From Vicugna vicugna (Eukaryota): a stretch of DNA of 64,000 nt. Positions 50,067-62,821 of the stretch are shown here, piece after piece. A program made the position numbers and the translations under genes. The first letter of the stretch is position 1, and each line of letters begins with the position of its first letter. The stretch lies in the NCBI GenBank assembly GCA_013265495.1, contig MU057711.1:2306844-2370843 (forward strand), in the 5' to 3' direction. Under the pieces are notes generated by a model. The model did no database searches and was not told the DNA's origin. It worked only from the letters and a program-made list of their open reading frames with translations.

Positions 50067-50231
50067 GCTGGGAAGGATGCTTAGGACTCTGTAGGCGACT
50101 GGGGAAAGGTGGTGGTGAAGGCGCCCCTAGTAGAGGCCACAGCACAAAGCCTGAGGTAAGAAAGAACCTGATGTTTGGGGGAGGTTGAACACCACCCATG
50201 TGGAGGAAGCCACAGGTGACCCTGCTCAGGG
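50067..50231 (+). repeat. Direct repeat copy B downstream of coding exon 2
   Basis: Matches 49409-49574. Confidence 0.95.
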
Positions 50232-51153
50232 CAGGCTGGCTCTTGTTCTCAGCTCTGTGCTGATAAGTGGGGGAGGTGGGAGGAGTGTCCACTCTGGCTG
50301 TGGCATTTCTGGAAATGACACATCTCCGACTCAGAGCGGCAGAAAGGCAGAATTGGCTCATGTCCAGGAAGGGCCCAGGGGTCAGTCCTGGCGCTCCAGC
50401 AGGATGGCTGGGTCCTGGTTTCTCTCGGCTCTGCTTTCCTCTGTGCTGTTTCATTCCTGGGCGGGGCAGAGATGGCCACAGTGTCTCCAGGCTGCCCGAC
50501 TGGCAGCCTCCCCAGCTCAGCTGAAAGGAGGAGCCCTTTCTCAACCAGCTTGAGTTGCAGTGGCTGGCCTGGATCATGGGCCCAGCTCTGGATGGTTGCT
50601 GTCACCAAGGGGTAGCCCCCTCTGACCGGTGGGACTGGGTCCTGTGACTGAGGTGGGGTGAGGCTCTTGGAAGCTCGGGGGAAGGTGCTGTTCCCAGAAG
50701 GGGCGAGTGCAGGGCAGGCGGGAGAGCCACTGCCAGTGAGAGTGGACGGGGCAAGTGGGGCTGCACTGCTGGAGGTGGCAGGTGAGCCGGCCCTGCCTCA
50801 GCCTTCCAGTGGTTACCATTCCTGCGGAGGAAGAGCCGCAGACACTGGGTCACAAGAGCTGAGGAGGTTGGGCCTTGGCCAAGGAAATGATGCTGGCTGG
50901 GTGGATTTTGACTTTTTCTTATTCTATTGTGTCTGTCACTGCCCCTCACCACACAGGATGGGGGGAAGGGGCCGACCTGAGGGCTGAGGGCAGAGGGCAC
51001 CTGCCGCCTGGACTGGCTGCGGAGGACTTAGTGTGCAGGCTTCTGGGGCCAAGCCCGGAAGACGAGAGTCAGCGGGGCGATCCCGGCCCAGCCCTGGGCT
51101 GTGTCCGGGCGGGGGCGGCGTGGCGGGCTGCGCTCATGACACCCCGCCCGCAG

Positions 51154-51315
51154 GTGCCCTTCTTCCTGTTCATCGTCTTCGTGGTGTACACGCTGCTGCC
51201 CTTCAGCATGCAGGGCGCCGTCGTGGCAGGCCTTGTCTCCAGCACCTCCCACCTCCTGGTGCTCGGCACTCTGATGGGGGCCTTCACCACGCCCAGTGTC
51301 CGGCTGGGGCTGCAG
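51154..51315 (+). CDS. ADCY7: ADCY7 coding exon 3 (162 nt)
   Basis: cgcag|VPFFLFIVFVVYTLLPFSM...SVRLGLQ|gtgagg. Confidence 0.97.
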
Positions 51316-52059
51316 GTGAGGGGTGTGGTGGGGGTCTGGGCGTGGGGGCCGGCGGAGGCCTTTGGGTGGCTGTGGTTTGGGCTGAGGGCAGTCACGGCCC
51401 AAGTGAGTGATTTGAGGCCTTGGGCAGAGGTGTTCGCAGACACACAGCCTCAAGGCCAGGCGCCCTGTCCTGCAGCCTTGTCTTTGCTGGCCTACGGTAC
51501 CCTCACTCGAGCCCTGCCCCTTGGGCCTCTCTGAGTCTAGAGCACTGCTGTCAGGTGAGCCCTTGCTCCCGAGCTTTCACCTGTCACCCCAGAGCTCCAT
51601 CCAGACAGGGCCTGCCTTGTGTCTCTATGTTGCGTGATGTGCATAAATCGTGGTGTCTTACAGATGTGACTTCCCCCTGACCTGGCCTGGTGTCTGGTCT
51701 GGGAGGCAGAGGCCGGAGCTCAGGGCAGCCAGCACGGCGCTGTGTCTTCCGGGTTCTGAGCTGTGTAAGGCGACGTGCTCCTGCCTCCCTGGAAGTGGCT
51801 GGCTCCTCCAGCCTCTGGGGCATGAGCCCTTCTACACCAGGGAATGCCTGGCAGATGCCAAGATAGGCCTAAGTCCTGGTGCTGTTACCACCGTGACTCC
51901 CTGGGCGACCAGCACGTTTAAGCTGCAGGTTCCCTGCCTGCCCTGAGTGGACTGGAGGCTAGGAAATGGGGAGGGGTGCCATCACCAGCCCTCCAGGGGG
52001 ACCAATGTCCCGGGGGCCTGGCCCGGGCCGGATCTGAGCCCCGCTTGGTCTGCCCGCAG

Positions 52060-52209
52060 CTGCTGGCCAATGCTGTGGTCTTCCTGTGCGGGAATCTCAC
52101 GGGCGCCTTCCACAAGCACCAGATGCAGGACGCCTCCCGCGACCTCTTCACCTACACTGTGAAGTGCATCCAGATCCGGCGTAAGCTGCGCATCGAGAAG
52201 CGCCAGCAG
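52060..52209 (+). CDS. ADCY7: ADCY7 coding exon 4 (150 nt)
   Basis: cgcag|LLANAVVFLCGNLTGAFHKHQMQDASRDLFTYTVKCIQIRRKLRIEKRQQ|gtgggg. Confidence 0.97.
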
Positions 52210-52503
52210 GTGGGGATCCGCCTCCCCCTGAGCCACAGCCAGGCCCTGCCCGCCCCCAGCCATCACCCAGGCCCCACACCCGGTGTCCTTTCTCTGAGGA
52301 CGTGCTCGTTGAACAGCATCTGTGTGGGGCACGTGGCTGGACACCTATGCCGGCCTCACCCTGGGGGCCACTGGGGACATGGGAGGGTGTGTGCCCGCCC
52401 GGTTGGTGGCAGGATGTAGGCCAGTGGTGTTGTGGGGCGTGGCGGGCAGAGAGGACAGAGGTCGCTTGGGGCCTGACGTCGCCCGCCTGTGCCCCATGTG
52501 CAG

Positions 52504-52652
52504 GAGAACCTTCTGCTGTCCGTGCTGCCGGCCCACATCTCCATGGGCATGAAGCTGGCCATCATTGAGCGGCTCAAGGAGCACGGGGACCGCCACTACC
52601 TGCCCGACAACAACTTCCACAGCCTCTACGTCAAGCGGCACCAGAACGTCAG
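52504..52652 (+). CDS. ADCY7: ADCY7 coding exon 5 (149 nt)
   Basis: tgcag|ENLLLSVLPAHISMGMK...FHSLYVKRHQNV-AG|gtgggc; phase 2. Confidence 0.97.
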
Positions 52653-53659
52653 GTGGGCGGCCGGCCGAGCCCGTGTGCACTGTCTCCTGGGGAGTCCCGG
52701 GCAGGTGGCCCCCTGCCCTCCTGCCAGGAGGCCAGGCCCCAGCCCACACAGGGACTGGGGGGAGGTAATCCAGGCTACTCTCTGGGCCTCGGTCCTCCTA
52801 CTCATTTCCCCAGGGGGGGTGGGGTCAGATTAGATTGGTGTTTGGGGACATCTACCCCCCTCAGATTGTTAAACTCTGAGCACAAACACGACTATTGGGA
52901 AGAAAAGGGTCTTTTCAGATGATTCTCCAAGGGCACAGGTCCCCCAAAAGGAGGTGAAGCCCCCCTAGATCTCGGTGGCTGCCAAGGGCCCTTGACGCCT
53001 GTCTTTGATGGAATTGAAGGGGCTGTTGGAGCTTGGCTGTGCCGGCCTAAGGGAGGTGTGGCTGTAGGTGCTGTGAGCTCCCCCCGCTCCTCTGCCTGGA
53101 GGTCCTCTGCCTGGCCCGCTGCCTCTGTGCTGTGGACCATCCAGGACTGCAGACTTAGAGCTGGGAGATCTGATGCAGATTGCAGCTCTGGCTTCCCAAC
53201 AAGTCTTAATCTCCCTGAGCTTCAGTTTGCTCATCTGTAGATTAGGGGTCCTATACGGTCAGTGTGAGGACTAGATGTGTGAAAGTGCTGGGTGTGGAGC
53301 TCGGCTGGAGGGAGTGTGGGGTCGCATCTTACCAGGGCTTTAGTTCTGAAGCCTGCACAGAGGTTAAGTCCAGGTATGGGAAAGGAGGGAAGTTCCAGGG
53401 TGCTGGAGAATCCGCAGGTAAGGGCACTGTTCAGTCATCTGCAGCGAGGGCTCTGAAGGGACTGAGGGCTCCAAAGGGCCCCCACAAACTGGAGTTTGCT
53501 TTAACGTGAAGCCTCTGGAACTTAAATTCGTCTTTATGGCCAGAGCTTCTCTTCCATCCCTGTGGAGACTGAGGGCTCACAGGGGTGTTTGGATACAGGG
53601 CTGGCGGATGCTCAGGGGCTCCGCTGGCCCTGACTCCCACTGGCCCCACCCCATCTCAG

Positions 53660-53771
53660 CATCCTCTACGCTGACATCGTGGGCTTCACACAGCTGGCCA
53701 GCGACTGCTCCCCCAAGGAGTTAGTGGTGGTGCTGAACGAGCTCTTCGGCAAGTTCGACCAGATTGCCAAG
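53660..53771 (+). CDS. ADCY7: ADCY7 coding exon 6 (112 nt; C1a, first metal-binding Asp)
   Basis: ctcag|(S)[37 protein letters not shown]|gtgagc. Confidence 0.98.
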
Positions 53772-56439
53772 GTGAGCCTGCCGACCTGTGCTGCCTCCCC
53801 TCTGCTGATGGTAAAGTCAGAAGCCCCTGCACCACATCCATGGGATGTCCCATACCCAGCACTATGCTGAGATCGACATGGGGAGGTCTGGGCTGAATTT
53901 TAGCCTTCAGTCAGCAAATGCTTCTGAACCCTTCATGGTCGAAGTGGAGGTTGAGTGGTGGCCGAGGCTGCCAGGATCCTGTCCCCCAGAGTGTGAGGTC
54001 ACTAGGGAGACTGACAGTACACACCAGGGAATGCATGGGGACTCGGGAGCTCCGGAAGGCTGCCTAGACGAGGAGATGCTCCATCCTCACTATGCAAGGT
54101 GAGCAGCCTCAGCCTCACCTAGAGGCATTGGAGGCCTGTGGAATGCCAGGCCTCAACTAGAATCTGCCTTTTGGCAAGATTGCAGGTGAATAGTGTGCAC
54201 ATTAAAGTTTGAGAAACCTTAAAAAAGACCTGAAGAGGAAAGGGAACAATGTTATGGGCAGAGGGAACAGCATGGAAAGCCTGGAGAAGAAAGCAAGCTC
54301 TGTTTGCCCATGCAGTGAAAGTGGCTCAGTGCGACTGGGACAGAGTGTGAAGGGGACAAGGTCACAGGGTCAGACATGCAAGGACTTGAGGGCTGAGGTG
54401 AGGAGTGGGACTTAACCTGAGGACCCTGAGGAGAGTAGCCGGGGAAGGCATTGGGCAAGGAGAGTCTCCAGGGTACAGCCAGGGTGAGAGAGGTCTGGAG
54501 ACCAGACGGGGCTGAGCTGGGATCTTACTGTTTTGTCTTCGTGAGCAGCACCCAGCTCAGGGTGTGTGTGTGCATGTGTGCATGTGTGCACGCACGTGTA
54601 TTGGTGGGGAGGGGGCCTCAGTTATTCATTAATTTACCACATGGTCCCAGGACCCACTGAGTGGCAGCTCTGGACTCACATGGGCCTCGGGCTGCCCTAA
54701 AGTTGCTCCCTGGCCTACGTGCTGTGTGGTTTGAAGAGGGTATGGAGGTGGGACTGGGGAGTGCCTAGCCCAGCCCCCGGGGGTCAAAGGCTTCCTGGAA
54801 GTGGTGGCCACTAAGTAGAGACCCAAGTGTAAGATTTAGGGTAGTGGCTTTCCATCCTGGCTGCATGTTTGAATCCCATGGAAGGCTTAAATAAATCACC
54901 AGTACTTATGCCCACACCCTTGACAGTTTATAAGAGCCATCCAAGTGACTCCGTGTGTGGAAATCAATGGTCTAGAACCTGATGGGAGGCAAGTTCTGGC
55001 CCCATGTTAGGAAGATTTTTTCACAATCAGAGCTGCTTAATCTTGGGAGAGACTGCCTCGCCAGAGGTGGGCCCCATATCAGGGGATGAGCTTCCCGTCA
55101 TGGGGCTAACCAAACTGCAGTTGGAAACCACTGGCCAGGGGTGTCCCCGCTGGGTGCTGTGGACTGAGGGGCTCCTAGAGCCTTCCTTCGGAGCTTCCTT
55201 CCTTCAGGATGTCTCCCGAACCGGCAGGTGGGAGTTCCTAGGGGTCGGGCCTTATAAGGGGCAGGGGGCCAGCTTCTCAGGCCACAGCTGGCCCTTTCTC
55301 TGCCACAAAGCCCAAGGACCTGCCTTTGCCTCCTTGGACACAGCTCTCCCTCCAGGGCAGGCCCAGGAGGCAGCCCCATTGGACAAATGGCAGGAGGGAG
55401 GCTGTGGCAGATGCCAGTCTTCCGGCCTGAGTGTCCAGTCTCTGGGCAGACACAGGCAGGGCTGGACCAAGCCTTTTCTCCTTTTGGCAATCAGATTCCA
55501 GAACTGTAACCTCCCGGTGAGAGCCAGGGCCTGCTCTCAGAGGTGTCCGCATTGCATCTGGGCTCAGGCACTTTCTGCCCCCAGCACGCTCACACAACTT
55601 CTCCAGTTTGTAAGTGTCAGAAGCACAGTGGAGGAACAGCCTGGGGAATGTGGCCTTCTGTAAATTCTGACAGCTGACAGCTGGGCTGGATCTAGAGGGC
55701 GTTCCTGTGCCTGGCCCTGGAGGAGATAAGGCCAGTGGCGCCCTGAGCCTGAGCCTGAGCCTGGGTGTCCTGGCCCTCACCAAGCTTACTGCTGGCTTCT
55801 AGGAAAGCACTGTCCTCACCTGCCTCTGTTAGGCCATTCAGAACTCAGCACGTGCCAGACGGGGCCCAGCGGGAAGCAGCTGGCACACACTCAGCTGGGT
55901 CATCGAAGGAGGGCTTAGCAAGGGGCTGCTCCTGGTGCCTGGCCTGGTCATTGGTGCTGGGTGGCCACTCAGGCCTGGTGGCCATGCCAGGGAGTGGACA
56001 ATGTATCTGGAGACAGAGTGTGTCTTGGTTCTTGGGGAGGGGACAGCCAGCCCTCTGGAACGCTGCAGCGGGAGCTGGGGCATCAGTGCTCTAGCCCTCA
56101 GCCTCCCCAGCATCAGAAGCCAGAGGGCAAGGCTGTCTGCCGGGGCCTCTGTGAGGGGTGGAGTAGGGAGTAGACTGGAGCTCTTATGCTGCAGTTCCTC
56201 CTTCCTATTCTCTAAAACCACACCCCCATGGCCTCTGTGTGTGCGGCCACCTTTGCCAAGGGCTTAAGGGGGAGTCTCATGGCTACAGCACCACCCTAAA
56301 TGAGAACTCAGATAGCCTGCCTGAGCCTTCCCTTCCCCTCCATGTGCATTTTCATATGTGATCCCAGCCTCTCTCCCCACCTTCTTCTTTCCTCTCTGCC
56401 CCCCAAACCCTGTGTCCCTAGCAGCATGGCCGTCTGTTG

Positions 56440-56920
56440 GGTCACCTTGGCATCTGCTGATCACTTAGCTTATGGCACCTGCTACCTCTCTGTCCCTGTC
56501 TCCCCTGTTCACTCCACTTCACCCACACTGACTGCTGGGCTATGTCTCAAACAGCTTTCTTGCCTCAGGGCCTTTGCACATGCTGCTTCCGTCTCCCTGG
56601 ACTGCTCTTCCTCCAGATACTGGCATGGTTTTCTCCTTTGTTTCCTTTAGGACTTTGCTTGAATGTTACCTTCACTTAGAGGCCTTCCCTGGCCTCCTGG
56701 GAACTTTCCCTTCCCTCCCATGCCTCATTTTTCTTCTTAACACTTATTGTCACAGGTATCTATAGGTTTTATTTATCTAGTTTAATGTCCACCTCTGCCA
56801 CTCGCTGCAGGGACTGTTTTCTATTTTGCTCACTGCTGCGTCCCAGTGTCTGGGGCAGGGCAGGGCACTCAGTAGCTACTCAAACATTGCTCAGTAGATT
56901 GCTCATTCATTGGGTGAGTG
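56440..56920. mobile_element. L2 LINE remnant
   Basis: tgcctcagggcctttgcacatgctgct...cagggactgttttctattttgctcactgct...gcactcagtag. Other L2 pieces at ~54000-54450 and ~60410-60480. Confidence 0.65.
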
Positions 56921-57185
56921 AACCAAAGATAGTCTTTCTCCAGAGTCACTCAGATGGCCACCCTTAGTAACACTTTCTTTCATCTGTGATACCTGCTTAG
57001 GGCTCCTGTGGAGGGCCCCTGTCTCCAACCTTTTCACCAGGCCCAGAGGCAGCTACTGGTGGCTGATGCTGCAGGAGAGAGCCCCTGGCCGTGAAAGAGC
57101 TTGGCTCACCCTGGGGGGTGCGGGGAGGTGGCTGGTCCCTGGCACCCAGGCAATCTGCTGACCAGGCCTCTCCCTTGCCCTGCAG

Positions 57186-57313
57186 GCCAACGAGTGCATG
57201 CGGATCAAGATCCTGGGGGACTGCTACTACTGCGTGTCGGGCTTGCCCGTGTCCCTGCCCACCCACGCCCGCAACTGTGTGAAGATGGGGCTGGACATGT
57301 GTGAGGCCATTAA
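57186..57313 (+). CDS. ADCY7: ADCY7 coding exon 7 (128 nt; C1a, second metal-binding Asp)
   Basis: tgcag|[44 protein letters not shown]|gtaggt. Confidence 0.98.
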
Positions 57314-58750
57314 GTAGGTACCACGGGCAGGCCCAAGGCACTGGGGCTGTCCCTGCCATGGAGCCCTCCTGCTCCGCAAGGCGTGGTGGGGAACGCATTG
57401 TCCCCACTCTGCCGATAAGGGAACTGGAGCTCAGGGGGTGGTGATGGCTTGCCTGGACCGCTCTGCAGGTTGTGTTTGCACCCTTCCCTGTGGGCGCCCT
57501 GGGACTCCCAGTCCCAGAGAATCTCGGAAGCTCAGAGCTGAGGGGCCTGAGGACGGGGCAGCTGGGCTCCTTTCCTCCGGAGACCATGCCTCTGCAGCAG
57601 CAGGGGAACTGGCAGACTCAGAATCTGTCCCCAAGCCCCCATCTGCCTCCTGCTGCCCCTGTGGAGACCGAGGAGTCGGGGAACTCACCCTCAGAGCTGC
57701 AGGGAGACCCCCCAGCCTCCCTCAGCTCCTTGCCACCAACACCCAGCTTCCCGTGAGGCTCTCTGGAGCCGTGAGCAGCTGTGGTCTGTGTTGGTCCAGC
57801 GGTGGCGGAGGGCCAGGTGGGCTTGGCCAGACCAACCGGTGTTCGGGGCAAAGCTGGTGCAGCTGGGCTGCCCGAAGGGGCACACTTCCTTCCCGATGTA
57901 CACCCATCTCCAGCTTGTCTTCCTCCTGAATCTCACCAGAAAAAACACTGGCCAGGCAGTCAGTGGTCTGTGTCCTAACCTGGCTCTATGTCCCCACTTA
58001 TGCGACCTCAGGCTGTGCCCCGCCCTCCCGGGGGTCAGTTTGTCCCTGGGTCATGTAGAGGTTCCACAGGACCCTCTGCTTCCTTTGGCTTTGCCTCTGG
58101 CAGCCTCAGTCCATTGCCAGCCTGGTGTGGGTGGACACAGGGCACCAGCTGTTCCCTGGGCCCTCACCCACATGTCAAAGGGACCCAGGAGCCTTGCTCA
58201 TGTTTGGGGGTGCCTTGTGCCCTAGGAAAGCTCTAATTTGGGTTTTCTTGTACTGAGTGGTGCTAGCAACTCTCAGTGCTCTTGTTTCCTAGAGATGGTG
58301 GGGTGTAGAAGGCCCCCCAAGGCTGGCCCCATGTCCTTTGTTTCTGCTGAGTTTGGGGTGGTGCCTGGACCCCTCTGCAGACCCCAGCTGGGGCTGCCAG
58401 GTGGGGAAAACACCCAGTTACAGTATTTTAGGGCCCTCAGCAAGAGCCACAGTGAGTGACCAATGACAGTTGGAAATTCCTTCTCCTTTTAACAGCCCTT
58501 GAGCTTGGAGGCAGCCACATCCATTTGCACACTCCCAGAGATGGGGTGCTCACCCTTTTTTGATGAGGCAACCCTTCAGGCTGAGAATGTTCTCTCCTGT
58601 GAGCTGGGCTTGCCCTGTTCCCGCACGCTCCTCTCACCCTTGCTCTGCCCATGCCCCATGCCACACCCGCTACCTGGGACCTCGAGCCTGTCCAGGGTTC
58701 AGGCCCCCCAGCAGCCGTGGCTGGAGTGGGGTGACTGGCCTCTGCCCCAG

Positions 58751-58909
58751 GCAGGTGCGGGAGGCCACAGGTGTGGACATCAGCATGCGTGTGGGCATAC
58801 ACTCGGGGAATGTGCTGTGCGGTGTCATCGGGCTGCGCAAGTGGCAGTACGACGTGTGGTCCCACGATGTGTCCCTGGCCAACAGGATGGAGGCGGCTGG
58901 AGTCCCTGG
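58751..58909 (+). CDS. ADCY7: ADCY7 coding exon 8 (159 nt)
   Basis: cccag|(K)[54 protein letters not shown]|gtgagg. Confidence 0.98.
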
Positions 58910-59123
58910 GTGAGGCTCAGCCAGATGGCGGTGGGTTCAGATGCCGGGGGCCGACTCCGGGCTGGGGGCGGGGGTCAGGGTGGAGTCAGAAGTGGAATCA
59001 GTGACCTCAAAGTGGGGGAAGCCGGCCTGGGCTCCGGCCTGCTCGGCCCTGCCCGCTGTGCACCCCTGGTTGGGTGCTCGCCCTCTCTGGGCCCTGCTGC
59101 TGTCTGATTCTGGTCTCCCCCAG

Positions 59124-59256
59124 GCGGGTGCACATCACAGAGGCAACGCTGAACCACCTGGACAAGGCTTATGAGGTGGAGGATGGTCACGGGCAGCAGC
59201 GGGACCCCTACCTGAAGGAGATGAACATCCGCACCTACCTGGTCATCGACCCCCGG
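59124..59256 (+). CDS. ADCY7: ADCY7 coding exon 9 (133 nt)
   Basis: cccag|(G)RVHITEATLNHLDKAYEVEDGHGQQRDPYLKEMNIRTYLVIDPR|gtacgc. Confidence 0.97.
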
Positions 59257-62248
59257 GTACGCGGGCTCTGACGTGGTGGGCCGTGGAGGGGTGGCTGGAA
59301 CTGTGCTGGGCCCACGCCTGGGGGGTGGCCCCCTTGGAGGGAGAGTGTTCTCCTCTCCAAGGCCGTGGAGAGGTAGGAAGACGCCTGCCCGGGGTAGGAG
59401 TGAGCACCCCGTCACTAGGTATGTTCTAGGCCCCACGTGACGCCTTCTCTGGGCATCAGTGTTCTTCTCTGTGAAATGGGAATGACAGCAGGCCTGCCTC
59501 AGAAGAGAAGAAGCTGGATGAAGCCCTCCTTGTGAACTGGGCGCATCATAAGCATTCTAGAAATGGTAGTCACTATTAGTTTATTTTCTATGAGGTTGTC
59601 ACTAATCTTCCAGATTTTCAAAAGACACGTTGTAAAAACATGCTTTGGACGAGAGTCAGGGAAGCCAGGAACGGCCAGGGTCACTGGGCAGGAGACTCCG
59701 TGTGTCCTGGTTCTGACCTGCCGTGTCCGCCTGCCTGGCTGGTGCCTCCACCTTCTACGTCAGCCCCACTTTCTTCGGGACCCTGTGGTGGGGGAGCTGT
59801 GGGGCTGCTTCTAGGTGGGTGGGCCCGGTCCTGCCCCCAGCCTGCCTGCGTCTGCAGGGGCCATTCTTTCCTGCCTGTGGGAGGCCAACTTGTCTGGAGG
59901 CCCTTGGTGAATCATCCTTGGGGCTTACTCAAGAATGTCGGCCACGGCTGGCCGTTTCCAGCTCCCTCTCACTCTGGCCTTGGCTGTCCGCAGGGCTGGC
60001 CCGACTGCCAGTCTCCTGGGAAGCAGAGGGCCAGCCTGTGAGCCTCCCCAACCCTCTCAGGCTTTGTCCTGCTGACGTTCCCAGGGTGCCCTTGGTGGTC
60101 ATCAATGCTGAGTTAGCACCTAGGGAAACGCCTCCTGGGTATCTTGACATTGCTCCCAGCCCATCATCATGGAAACCCTCCAGCCCCTCACTCTGTCCCC
60201 ACAGCTCGGAGCCCCGTGCCATCCTCCTGTCCCTCCACTGCCAAGCTCTTTCCACTGCAGGATCCTCCACAGCAGGGAGTCACTGCTGCTCCCTCTGCCC
60301 AGACCCCTCCTCCCCCATCCCCCATGTTCCGGTTCATCCTTTTTCACTTGTGTATTGTCAGTGTGAGCTCCATGTGGGCAGGCTCAGGGTGGAGGTCCTT
60401 CTCTAGGTTCCACCCCTGTGCCTAGAACAATGCCTGGCATGGAGCAGGTGCCCAGATAGTTTGTGAATGAATGAAGTGTCTCATGCAGGGTTAACTGGGC
60501 ATCCTGTATTTTATCTGGCACCCCTACCTCCCTCATCGTTGTTTAATTTTATTCATTCACATAGTTGAAAATTCAAAAAGCATGAGGGGCATGTTGTAGA
60601 AAGTTTTCCGTGCATCTTTGTTCGCAGCCAGCACGTTCCCTGTAAAGGGGACCCACGTGGTTGAGTTCCTTCCTCTGGAAGGTGTCTGTGCACATGTAAG
60701 TAGATGGAGATCCTTGTCTGCCTCCTTGCTGTAGCTCGGCCCCCACCGGCATGTACTTGCTTTCTTCACCAGACGTCATAGCTTGGAGACCTTCTCTTCT
60801 GTGCACAGAGGCCACCCTCATCTTTTCTCACTACTGCACAGCACACACCACAAGGATGCTCGGGTGCACCTCCCGTGGTGGACAGGGAGGTCCTGCCCAG
60901 CCCTGGCTTCTGTAGGCTTACATGTGTGAGGACCTCGGAGACGAGCGTGCAGAGGTGGCTGTGGGGGTGTCCGTGGCCGGTGAAGGTCACAGGTGTTCTC
61001 CCTGTCCCCAGCCTGGGTCTTCAGTACACATTTCATTTTCAGGGGCAGGTGTCTGTCCCCTGCCCTAAGAGAGGAGTGCCAGTGACCTTGAACTTAAACA
61101 GCTGGGTGCCATGTAGGCAGAACTGATGACATTGGAAGGGGAGACTGAGAAATGTGACCCACCCCGGGCCCCTCGGGGGTTCCTCACCCCAGGTACATTC
61201 TCAGGACTCTCCTCACAAGGGCTGAATGCCATGCCATTCCCTCTGGCCTGGCAGACAGATGCAGCTCAGGGTTTAAAAATGTTTCTATCCCAGAAGGAGG
61301 CTAGAGGTTTCCAGGAAAGTTGCTGCTTGCGGCTTAGCGAGTGCTTGTGGCTCTAGGTGCTGGGCCCTGTGGGGGTTTGTGGGGCCGCAGGAGATGGGGA
61401 CCGCTGGAGGGCAGACTCAGCGGGACTTGAGACGGCCCAGGCTTGTCTCTGGAGGCCTTGGGGGTCTTCCTCTCCCCTCTGCCTTTTCTGGTCCTGCCTG
61501 GCCTCCCCAGCTGGGAAGGGTCCTAGGCGTGTTATTGCTCTTGAGGGTGTTGGGGTGAGGGAGGCAGGGCTGGGCTCCTCATTCAGGGCCTGGCTGAGCC
61601 ATTGTGTCCCTGGCACGGCCATGGCAGGCACATGGCAGGTAGCAGACGTGTGCTGTGGGTTGCAGGCCGTACGGGTGGAACGCCCTGGAAGGCTGCCCCA
61701 TGGTGGGGGCTTGGGGTTGGCATCTCTCCGGGTTGCCAGCTAGCACTCCTCTTCCTCCCGCTGCTCCCACAGGAGGGACATGTGTCTGCCACATGGGGGT
61801 GGGCTGGGCAGGATGCCTGTGGCTTCCCTGGGCGCCATCTCCCCGGGGTGCCTGACGCGGAGGGGCGGGTGAGCTTTCAGGCTCAAGGAGCTTCACAGGC
61901 CGAGTGGGGCCTTCGGGCTGAGGAGGTTACCCTGTCTGTTGCCCTGGATGCTGAGAAAGGTCTGAGAGACTGTGCAGTTGTGTGACCCCCAGTCTCTCCC
62001 CGGCCTGGGGCAGGGACAGGACCTTGAGCTGGGGCCTCCCCCTGAGCCCAGCCAAGTAGCACGCTGGACTTCCTCCAGTCCCCAAAGGGCTGCAGACCCA
62101 GCAGATTTCTTTTTGGCCATTTTCCCTTCTTGCCCGATGGGCCGGTGCTCTGGGTGGCATTGTGTTTCTCGGGGAGCAGGAAGCGGGTGGCAGCCCCTTC
62201 CTGGCTGAGAGCCGAGGGGTGAGAGGCTGGGTCTGTGTCTGCCCGCAG

Positions 62249-62443
62249 AGCCAGCAGCCACCCCCGCCCAGCCAGCACCTCCACAAGCACAACAAGGGGG
62301 ATGCAGCCCTGAAGATGCGGGCGTCTGTGCGCATGACCCGCTACCTGGAGTCCTGGGGGGCGGCGCGGCCCTTCGCACACCTCAACCAACGTGAGAGTGT
62401 GAGCAGCAGCGAGAACCCTGTCCCCAATGGGCGCAGGCCCAAG
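62249..62443 (+). CDS. ADCY7: ADCY7 coding exon 10 (195 nt; C1b)
   Basis: cgcag|SQQPPPPSQHLHKHNKGDAALKMRASVRMTRYLESWGAARPFAHL...NGRRPK|gtagga. Confidence 0.96.
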
Positions 62444-62786
62444 GTAGGACCCCTCCTCCCGGAGAGCTGGGAACAGGGGCCCCGGAAGGGGCCAGGAGAG
62501 CGCATGCTAAGGGTGGCCTTCCATCCCAGCCTCACCTCACTCGCTCCACCTGTAGGCTGGGGAATTGCAGGCACCTGGAGAATGCTCTGGGGTGGCTGGG
62601 GTTGATCCTGGCCTCCTGGTTCCCCAGATCAAGCTCAGCTTCAGTTCTGGGTGTCTGCAGCTTGCACAGTCCCCAGCACCCTGCCTGTGCATCTGAGAGT
62701 GCCAGAGGTTGGTAGGCCCAGTCCTGGGACGAGCATCAGGGCCCTGAGTTCTGGAGAATAACCACCTCCCCCCACTTCCCTTCCAG

Positions 62787-62821
62787 GCCATCCCCCTGCG
62801 GCGCCACCGGATCCCTGACAG
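62787..62821 (+). CDS. ADCY7: ADCY7 coding exon 11 (35-nt micro-exon)
   Basis: Long pyrimidine tract ttccag|AIPLRRHRIPD-AG|gtacgt; required to bridge phase 0 to phase 2. Confidence 0.9.

Noticed and set aside
49585..50577. 330-aa antisense ORF over coding exon 2
   Set aside because: Shadow of a GC-rich exon plus the local repeat; no recognisable homology or minus-strand promoter/splice structure.
52474..52481. CRE-like TGACGTCG suggesting cAMP feedback on ADCY7
   Set aside because: Imperfect, and positioned as the branch-point sequence (CTGAC) of the coding exon 5 acceptor.
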